This document shows, piece by piece, positions 25,379 through 32,000 of a stretch of DNA of 32,000 bases. The notes below the pieces were generated by a model. The model did no database searches. It was not told the DNA's origin and worked only from the letters and a program-made list of their open reading frames with translations. Each line of letters begins with the position of its first letter. Position 1 is the first letter of the stretch. The stretch comes from Halogeometricum borinquense DSM 11551. Lineage in GTDB: Archaea; Halobacteriota; Halobacteria; Halobacteriales; Haloferacaceae. The stretch spans positions 990,001-1,022,000 of the forward strand of contig NC_014729.1 of NCBI RefSeq assembly GCF_000172995.2. Reading direction: 5' to 3'. Both the position numbers and the translations under genes were made by a program.

Positions 25379-27634
25379 CTAGTCATCTGCTTTCGTGGGA
25401 GACGATCCCACAGAGAGGTCGCCATCGGTCGATTGCGATTGGCTGTTCCCCACATTTTGGGCCTCACCGCTGACTTCGAAGCGTGCAAGTGAGGTTTCGA
25501 GACGGGCAATATCGTCCTTCAACGTGCTCAGTTCGTTCGTTACGTCGCCGACGGCAGCGGTCTGTTGCTCGGCGGCGGCGGAGACCGTTTGTGCCTCAGC
25601 AGTCGTCTCCTCGCTGATACCTGCGATTTCGTCGGTCATCGACAGGACCTCTTGAGAGGAGTCCGCTTGGTCGGCGGTCGCGTTGTCGATTTCTTTGGCG
25701 CTCACCGCCGTATCCTCGACCCGTTCGACGATGCCGCCGAGTGATTGGAGCGCTTCGTCCACAGAGTCGGCACCGTCGTCTACCTCCTCGCGCATCCGTT
25801 CGATGCTCCCGACCACTTCGTCACGCTGCGTCTCGATCTCCTCGATAAGCGCGGAGATGTCGGCCGCCGAAGACTTGGTCTCCTGTGCGAGTTGTTTCAC
25901 TTCGTTGGAGACGACGGCGAAGCCTTCGCCCGCCTCGCCCGCTCGTGCGGCCTCGATGTTGGCGTTCAACGCGAGGATGTCGGTCTGCTCTGCGATCTCG
26001 GTGATTACGTCTACAATCTCTCCGATCTCTCCGAGTTGTTCGTCGAGTTTGTGGACTTCCTGTACGGTTCGTTCGGTCTCTTCGCGGATATCGTCGATGC
26101 CGCCGAGAGCGTTCTCGGCCGCGCGTTCGCCCTCGTGACCCTCATCCTTCGCGCGCTCGGCCAACATCACCAACTCGTTGGCCGACGAGGAGATTTCCTC
26201 GATAGACGCCGAGAGGTCGTTCACTTCGTCGGACACGGAGGCGAGGTTGTCGCTCTGTTGGCTCGCTCCGTCGGAGATCTGTTGAATGGCGCTGCTGACC
26301 TCTTGGCTGGCCTCGTTCACCTCATCGGCACGTTCCGCCAAGCGCGTCACGAGATCCGATACGTCGGCGCTGAACGCACGGGTCCGCTGTACTGTCTGTT
26401 CGACTTCATCCATCATTTCGTTGTAGGCGGTAGCGATAGTTCGCATGTCCGCGGAGTCCGAGTCAGCGTCGAGACGAACGGTCAGATCGCCGTCGGCGGC
26501 CTGTACCATCACCTCACTGTAGGATTCGGCGTCGTCCCGCTGGTCCTGCAAGTCATCGCGGAGGTGGGCGACGCCGATGAGTACATCACCGAACTCGTCG
26601 CGTCGGTCTGTTGCCAAGTCAACGTCAAGATTGCCGTTGCGGAGTTCCGAAACCGATGCGGCGAGACCGCGGAGCGGTTTCACCGTGTTGAAATGGAGTA
26701 AGACGCCGAGTCCGAGGAGACCGGCAAGCGCGAGAACGATGAGGATAGCCATATCGATGCCGACGCGACGAGAGAGCGACAGCACGGACGACTTCTCTGC
26801 GTGCAGAAGAATCGCCTCACCGTTGTCGAGTTTCGCGTGTCCGACGAGATGCGTATTCGACGTGAAACCGGAGATAGCGCCCTGTTCGACGACACCGCTT
26901 TCACTGTTGGTCAACGTCGAGAACGATTCGCTCTCGGCCGCCGGATAGGTTCGTCCCGGTGCACCGCCACCGGTGCCGTAGACGATGGTTCCGTCGTCGG
27001 TCACCAGTTGGGTGAACGAATCGTCCACGTCGCCGCTCATCAGACTGCCTAGCGCGGACGCTTCCGAGACGAGGACGACCGCGCGAGGCGTCACCGACGG
27101 GAGGCGCTTGACGAAGGCGACGTAGCCCCGGCCATCCTTCGTGTAGACGTGCGTCCGGTGCACCGTTTCAGTATCGGAGAGCTCTGCGTTCTCTGAAACG
27201 GGAACCTCACCGTTCGGAAACAGCGTGGTACCGACTGCGTCGGACTTCGTGGACCCGGCCACCGTGCCGGACTCCAGATTCAGTAGATATAATCCGGACA
27301 CGTCGTCGGGCATCGATTCCATGTGTTGTGTGAGCGCGTGATTCGAGCGCTCTGTCTTCACACTGTTAACACCCGTATCGCGGGCGACCACGGATGTCAG
27401 CCGCTTGCGCTCTTGTTCCCACTGTTCGACCTGTATGGCCTCTCGCTCGGCGGCGGCCTGGAGGTTTGCGCGTGCGTCCTCGTTCAGTTCCGATGCCGTC
27501 ATCGAGTACTGAACACCGGCGACGCCGGCGACGACGAGCATGACGATGAGGAATATCGTCCCTAACTGTCGCGTGTAACTCTGTGCAATCGCGTCCGGGA
27601 TTCTCTCGGACACGTCCTGTACGAAATCTACCAT
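25379..27634 (-). CDS. Methyl-accepting chemotaxis protein / halobacterial transducer (Htr) with a large extracellular sensor domain
   Basis: ORF 25379..27721; start taken at ATG 27634 (MVDFVQDV...). Layout: TM1, about 290-aa extracytoplasmic domain, TM2, HAMP ([21 protein letters not shown]...DEFGDV), and the MCP signalling hairpin [38 protein letters not shown]. Confidence 0.92.
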   Translation of the reverse strand: MVDFVQDVSERIPDAIAQSYTRQLGTIFLIVMLVVAGVAGVQYSMTASELNEDARANLQAAAEREAIQVEQWEQERKRLTSVVARDTGVNSVKTERSNHALTQHMESMPDDVSGLYLLNLESGTVAGSTKSDAVGTTLFPNGEVPVSENAELSDTETVHRTHVYTKDGRGYVAFVKRLPSVTPRAVVLVSEASALGSLMSGDVDDSFTQLVTDDGTIVYGTGGGAPGRTYPAAESESFSTLTNSESGVVEQGAISGFTSNTHLVGHAKLDNGEAILLHAEKSSVLSLSRRVGIDMAILIVLALAGLLGLGVLLHFNTVKPLRGLAASVSELRNGNLDVDLATDRRDEFGDVLIGVAHLRDDLQDQRDDAESYSEVMVQAADGDLTVRLDADSDSADMRTIATAYNEMMDEVEQTVQRTRAFSADVSDLVTRLAERADEVNEASQEVSSAIQQISDGASQQSDNLASVSDEVNDLSASIEEISSSANELVMLAERAKDEGHEGERAAENALGGIDDIREETERTVQEVHKLDEQLGEIGEIVDVITEIAEQTDILALNANIEAARAGEAGEGFAVVSNEVKQLAQETKSSAADISALIEEIETQRDEVVGSIERMREEVDDGADSVDEALQSLGGIVERVEDTAVSAKEIDNATADQADSSQEVLSMTDEIAGISEETTAEAQTVSAAAEQQTAAVGDVTNELSTLKDDIARLETSLARFEVSGEAQNVGNSQSQSTDGDLSVGSSPTKADD

Positions 27635-27829
27635 TATATCCTGAACACCAGAACAGCGCGATAAAACTGACCCACGAGATATCAACACTGATAACCTAAA
27701 ATTGGGGTATCGTGGCTTCATTCACCAAATATCGTGGGATAGGGTGTCAATTCATCCACCGTATTATCATAAATGGATATGATCGTCAAGCGTCGATAGT
27801 GACAAGTATTGCTACTGGTTTCTTCCCAC

Positions 27830-28177
27830 ATGGGCTGGGAGATCACGTTTCGACTTCTCCTGACTGCGTTCTGCATCGTCGCACCGACGTTGCTGTACGT
27901 CGGTCTCGTCCGCGGCCTCAACAAACTCCGTGAGGATCCGTTCGTCGAACGGGTGTTGCTGCGGATGGACGAGCAGTTCGAGTCGGGGACGCGAGCGTCC
28001 GGCGGTCCACCGCAGTCGTTTCTCTCACTCTCGTCGTCGCGTTCGTCGGATCTCCCTCACGAGGTGACCGACCGAACCTCGAACGTTCCGTCCGGTGCGA
28101 CGTGTTCGCGGTGTGGCGCGCCGAACCCGTCTTACGCGGCGTTTTGTGACGTTTGTCTCGCGCGGATATCGGACTGA
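27830..28177 (+). CDS. Membrane protein with a C-terminal zinc ribbon
   Basis: ORF 27809..28177. From MGWEITFRLLLTAFCIVAPTLLYVGLV (TM) to CSRCGAPNPSYAAFCDVC. Confidence 0.6.
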   Translation: MGWEITFRLLLTAFCIVAPTLLYVGLVRGLNKLREDPFVERVLLRMDEQFESGTRASGGPPQSFLSLSSSRSSDLPHEVTDRTSNVPSGATCSRCGAPNPSYAAFCDVCLARISD

Positions 28178-28229
28178 GTGGATGCTACAATCGGAACCGT
28201 AATGTCAACTTGGTTCAAGAATTCGATCG

Positions 28230-28493
28230 ATGCCGCCTTCCAAGCCATTCTTCGAGCAAGAGACCGGGAAGATCGATACGACTCAACTCCTCGATGAGGC
28301 GACTCCCATCGCCGAATTAATCGGCCTGTTCGCCATCCTCGCGCTCATTCCGTTCGCGATTGTGTTTGCATTCCTGAGAGATTCATTGATTGGAATGCCG
28401 TTGGTAGTGCTTGCCCAATTCATACTCGCAGTCGGAGTGGCGACTGTTCTCCTGTACGTCATCACTCGCGCCATTCAGCTCAGTAACGAGTGA
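28230..28493 (+). CDS. Small membrane protein (two TM helices)
   Basis: 87-aa ORF with an acidic N-terminus and two hydrophobic helices. Confidence 0.5.
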   Translation: MPPSKPFFEQETGKIDTTQLLDEATPIAELIGLFAILALIPFAIVFAFLRDSLIGMPLVVLAQFILAVGVATVLLYVITRAIQLSNE

Positions 28494-28586
28494 CGAATTC
28501 GCGCGCTATTCAGCACGCTCGCAGAATCCGGTCACCTCTGAGGATTTCAGCAGAGCGAAAAAATCAGACCGCGTGCGTGATGCGGC

Positions 28587-29456
28587 TTAGAGGAAGTCTT
28601 CGATGTGGTCTGCGACTTCGTTCGGCGTGTCGCCGACCGGGACGCCCGCGTCGTTGAGGGCGGAAATCTTCGATTCTGCGGTTCCAGTGCCGGACCCCGA
28701 AACGATAGCGCCCGCGTGGCCCATGCGTTTGCCCGGCGGTGCCGTGCGGCCCGCGATGAAGCCTGCAACGGGGGTGTCCATGTTCTCCGCGATGTACTTC
28801 GCGGCCTGCTCTTCGTCCTCGCCACCGATTTCGCCGCACATGACGACGGCGTCTGTGTCCTTGTCGGCCTCGAACAGTTCGAGGGCATCGACGAACGACG
28901 TGCCGATGATGGGGTCGCCACCGATACCGATGGCCGTCGTCTGGCCGATACCGCGGTCGGTGAGGTTCGAAACGACCTGGTACGTCAGGGTTCCCGACCG
29001 GGAGACGAGACCGACGTTGCCGGACTCGAAGATGTTACCGGGCAAAATGCCGAGTTTCGCCTCACCGGGCGTGATCAGGCCGGGACAGTTCGGACCGACG
29101 AGGTGCGTATCGACTTCCGAGAGTCGCTTGTTCACCTTCGCCATGTCCTGCGTCGGGATGCCCTCGGTGATGGCGACGACGAGGTCGAGATCCGTGTCGA
29201 GTGCCTCGAAGACGGCGTCGCCCGCGAATGCGGGTGGGACGAACACGACAGAGGCGTCGGCGTCTTCTTCCTCGACAGCCTGATTGACCGTGTCGTAGAC
29301 GGGGATGCCGTCTACCTCTTGGCCGCCCTTTCCGGGCACGGCACCAGCGACGACGTTCGTGCCGTACTCCACCATCTGCTGGGTGTGGAAGTTCCCTTCG
29401 CCGCCGGTGATTCCCTGTACCACTACGCGCGTGTCGTCGTCAACCAGAATGCTCAT
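28587..29456 (-). CDS. sucD: Succinate--CoA ligase (ADP-forming) subunit alpha
   Basis: 289 aa. [25 protein letters not shown] and the phosphohistidine loop MGHAGAIV. Confidence 0.96.
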   Translation of the reverse strand: MSILVDDDTRVVVQGITGGEGNFHTQQMVEYGTNVVAGAVPGKGGQEVDGIPVYDTVNQAVEEEDADASVVFVPPAFAGDAVFEALDTDLDLVVAITEGIPTQDMAKVNKRLSEVDTHLVGPNCPGLITPGEAKLGILPGNIFESGNVGLVSRSGTLTYQVVSNLTDRGIGQTTAIGIGGDPIIGTSFVDALELFEADKDTDAVVMCGEIGGEDEEQAAKYIAENMDTPVAGFIAGRTAPPGKRMGHAGAIVSGSGTGTAESKISALNDAGVPVGDTPNEVADHIEDFL

Positions 29457-30598
29457 TGACCTGCCTCCTGTGCGTTCTCGACGGCCTGTTGGACCGCGTC
29501 TTCGAGCGTCTTTTCGACCTCCACGAGGTCCGTGTTGAGAATCTCCATTCCCTCCTCGGCGTTGGTGCCTGCGAGGCGGACGACAACCTTCTTCGGGATC
29601 TCGTCGAAGGATTCGAGCGCCTCGTTGATACCCTTGGCAACCTCGTCGCCGCGGGTGATGCCGCCGAAGATGTTGAACACGACGGCGTCAACGTTCTCGT
29701 CGGAGAACACCATATCGAGAGCGTTGGCCACGCGTTCGGCCTTCGCACCGCCACCGATATCGAGGAAGTTGGCGGGTTCGCCGCCGTAGTAGTCCACGAG
29801 GTCCAGCGTCGTCATGACGAGACCGGCCCCGTTACCGATGATGCCGACGTTGCCCGAAAGGCGAACGTAGTCGAAGCCGTAATCGTTCGCCTTGCGTTCG
29901 AGGTCGTCCTCGGCCGCTTCGTCCTCCATCTCCGCGAGGTCGGGATGGCGGAACAGGGCGTCGGAGTCGATGTTCATCACGGCGTCGGCCGCGACGACCT
30001 CGCGGTCCGACGTGATCATGACCGGGTTGATTTCGATGTCCGAGGCGTCCTTCGACTCGTAGAGGTCGTAGAGCGTCGAGAGGATCGTGGCTACGTCGCC
30101 CGCTACGTCGTGGGGAATGCCCGCCTCGTAGACGACTTTCCGCGCCTGATAGGGGTGCAGACCGAACGCAGGGTCGATGTGTTCCCGAGCGATGGCTTCG
30201 GGCGTCTCTTCTGCGACTTCTTCGATGTTGACGCCACCTTCGGTGGAGACCATGGCAACGGGCTTGCCCTCGCCGCGGTCCATCGTGATACCGACGTAGA
30301 GTTCGTTCTCGAAGTCCACACCGGCCTCAACGAGCACTTTCTCGACGGTGTAGCCCTTGAGGTCCATCCCGAGGATGTCCTCGGCGGCCTCTCGTGCTTC
30401 GTCCTCGTCTGTGGCTATCTTGATGCCGCCCGCTTTGCCACGGCCGCCAACGTGTACTTGCGCTTTGATTGCGGCAGGGTAGCCGATCTCCTCTACCGCC
30501 TCCATCACTTCGTCAACCGACGTTGCGAGACGGGACTCGGGCACCGGAATCCCCGCCTCGGCGAAGATATCCTTCGCCTGATACTCGTGGAGTCTCAT
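29453..30598 (-). CDS. sucC: Succinate--CoA ligase (ADP-forming) subunit beta
   Basis: 381 aa. [23 protein letters not shown]-grasp motifs and [12 protein letters not shown]-like [13 protein letters not shown]. 4-nt overlap with sucD. Confidence 0.96.
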   Translation of the reverse strand: MRLHEYQAKDIFAEAGIPVPESRLATSVDEVMEAVEEIGYPAAIKAQVHVGGRGKAGGIKIATDEDEAREAAEDILGMDLKGYTVEKVLVEAGVDFENELYVGITMDRGEGKPVAMVSTEGGVNIEEVAEETPEAIAREHIDPAFGLHPYQARKVVYEAGIPHDVAGDVATILSTLYDLYESKDASDIEINPVMITSDREVVAADAVMNIDSDALFRHPDLAEMEDEAAEDDLERKANDYGFDYVRLSGNVGIIGNGAGLVMTTLDLVDYYGGEPANFLDIGGGAKAERVANALDMVFSDENVDAVVFNIFGGITRGDEVAKGINEALESFDEIPKKVVVRLAGTNAEEGMEILNTDLVEVEKTLEDAVQQAVENAQEAGQ

Positions 30599-30742
30599 GC
30601 GTCCGTGATTGCGAAGGACGCGCGCTTAAATCCCGTCCATCCGGTAACGATCGATGAACCTAGTTCGCCGCGAGAGGCAGTTTTTTCAGTGCCGCTGTCG
30701 CGCCGGAAAGCGAACTACTCGACGGTCATGCAGCGACGCGCG

Positions 30743-30961
30743 TCACTCCGCGTAGAATCGAACGAGACCGCACTCGGGACACACGTAGGTAACGAGATAC
30801 GTACTGCCGCGTAAGCCGAGTTCGCCGAGGAACCCATCCGGTTTCAGGCGCACCTTGTCGCGGTTTGCGTTCACGTCATAATCCGATTCTTGCATCGCTA
30901 CATCGCAGTCGGGACATCTTCTGGAGGGCACAATAGCGCGTTGCCCGCACTCCTTTATCAA
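30743..30961 (-). CDS. Small zinc-ribbon protein
   Basis: 72 aa. CPDCD...CPECG pairs. The track start is TTG, so the start is uncertain. It is divergent from qor with only 23 nt between the two. Confidence 0.5.
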   Translation of the reverse strand: MIKECGQRAIVPSRRCPDCDVAMQESDYDVNANRDKVRLKPDGFLGELGLRGSTYLVTYVCPECGLVRFYAE

Positions 30962-30984
30962 TCTACGTATCGAACCGTTGGCGC

Positions 30985-31941
30985 ATGCGCGCAGTCAGAT
31001 TTCACGAACACGGCGGGCCGGACGTACTGACCGTAGACGAGATAGACGAACCCGAACCCGGGTACGGAGAGGTCGTCGTCGAGGTCGGTGCCGCCGGGGT
31101 CAACCCCGTCGATACGTACTTCCGCGAGGGCGCGTACGACGTTCCGTATCTCCCGTTTACCCCCGGTTCAGATTTCGCTGGCACCGTAGTTGGCGTCGGT
31201 GAGGGCGTCGAACGCTTCTCGTTCGGCGACCGTGTGTTCGGGACTGGCCTCGGTAACGGGATGTCGGGAACCTACGCCGAACAGATTGTCTCACCCACGG
31301 AGTTGCTCACACACCTTCCCGAGGAGGTGGAGTTGACCGACGCCGCGGCGTTCGCCCTCGTCGGTACCACCGCATGGCAGGCACTCGTTCACCACGCGAG
31401 TGTCGAACCCGTCGAAACGGTCCTTATCCACGGCGGAAGCGGCGGTGTCGGTCACGTCGCCATTCAACTGGCGAACACAATGGGTGCGCGCGTCTTCACC
31501 ACGTCGTCGCCGGATTACCATGACAAACTCGAAGCGCTCGGCGCTGACGCCGTTTTCGATTACAACCGTGACGACCTCAAACGCGTCATCACCGAGGTCG
31601 GCACGCCCGACGTGATCCTCGACACGCACATGGATCACTATCTCCAGTTCGACGCCGACATCGCGGCCGACGGTGCCCGCATCATCGGCGTCGGCAACGA
31701 TACCGCCGAAGGGAGCTTTACCAATATCGGCGTCACCAAGAGCAAGGAACTGCGCTACCAGTTCATGTCGATGTTCAACACACCCGACCAACCGGCCGTC
31801 CTCTCTCGTCTTTCGGATCTTCTCACCCGCGGCGACGTCGAACCAGTGATCCACAGGACGTACGATCTCGAAGAGGCTGGAGAGGCCCAACGTAACGTTA
31901 TCCACGACGGGTTCGTCGGAAAAATCGTCCTCGTTCCCTGA
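30985..31941 (+). CDS. qor: NADPH:quinone oxidoreductase / zeta-crystallin-type medium-chain dehydrogenase
   Basis: 318 aa. MRAVRFHEHGGPDVL...GEVVVEV.AAGVNPVDTY and nucleotide-binding IHGGSGGVGHVAIQLA. Confidence 0.9.
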   Translation: MRAVRFHEHGGPDVLTVDEIDEPEPGYGEVVVEVGAAGVNPVDTYFREGAYDVPYLPFTPGSDFAGTVVGVGEGVERFSFGDRVFGTGLGNGMSGTYAEQIVSPTELLTHLPEEVELTDAAAFALVGTTAWQALVHHASVEPVETVLIHGGSGGVGHVAIQLANTMGARVFTTSSPDYHDKLEALGADAVFDYNRDDLKRVITEVGTPDVILDTHMDHYLQFDADIAADGARIIGVGNDTAEGSFTNIGVTKSKELRYQFMSMFNTPDQPAVLSRLSDLLTRGDVEPVIHRTYDLEEAGEAQRNVIHDGFVGKIVLVP

Positions 31942-32000
31942 GACGGGTGTTGTCGTCCCGCACCTCGGTCTCTCCGTGCGTCGCCCAACTGTCCGCGTTC

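Noticed and set aside
25745-26701. 318-aa plus-strand ORF
   Set aside because: Antisense to the MCP signalling domain of the Htr gene.
29456-30814. 452-aa plus-strand ORF, and 28605-29459
   Set aside because: Antisense to the unambiguous sucC and sucD genes.

Overview
High-GC segment with an acidic proteome, Tat signal peptides, an Htr-type transducer and a HalOD1 protein, so most likely a haloarchaeal (class Halobacteria) chromosome. The trpD-trpF-trpE-trpG order is the arrangement I recall from Haloferax volcanii. Most of the window is housekeeping: a partial phytoene synthase, class II B12-dependent ribonucleotide reductase nrdJ, the trpDFEG operon, tRNA-Val(GAC), an amidohydrolase, succinyl-CoA ligase sucCD and a quinone oxidoreductase. 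It also holds signalling genes (REC-PAS-GAF histidine kinase, Htr/MCP transducer, HalOD1 protein) and many small zinc-finger or membrane proteins. Accessory or unusual content: (1) a 1344-bp TnpB-only IS200/IS605-type element (2040-3383) inserted in frame in a Tat-secreted spondin_N-domain gene; both ends, the subterminal hairpins, the presumptive TAM and the omega-RNA guide can be read directly. (2) A visibly low-GC single-gene cassette (12624-13532, 302 aa, unknown function) about 340 bp downstream of tRNA-Val, followed by an apparently frameshifted small gene and a membrane protein; this is the best candidate here for an undescribed accessory or defence-type module. (3) A stand-alone regulator with a CARF/Csa3-like N-terminal domain and a C-terminal wHTH (23548-24381), with a 20-bp tandem repeat array upstream and no CRISPR-Cas nearby. 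(4) An ORF-free, AT-rich region of about 0.8 kb upstream of nrdJ (6863-7750) with a 22-24 bp direct repeat pair and G-string motifs. (5) An orphan beta-class amino-DNA methyltransferase. (6) A putative metal-uptake operon: double P19-like Tat lipoprotein, membrane-anchored C2H2 zinc finger and a polytopic membrane protein. No CRISPR array, cas genes, rRNA, integrase or known multi-gene defence system were recognised. All family assignments come from motif recognition by eye, not database searches.
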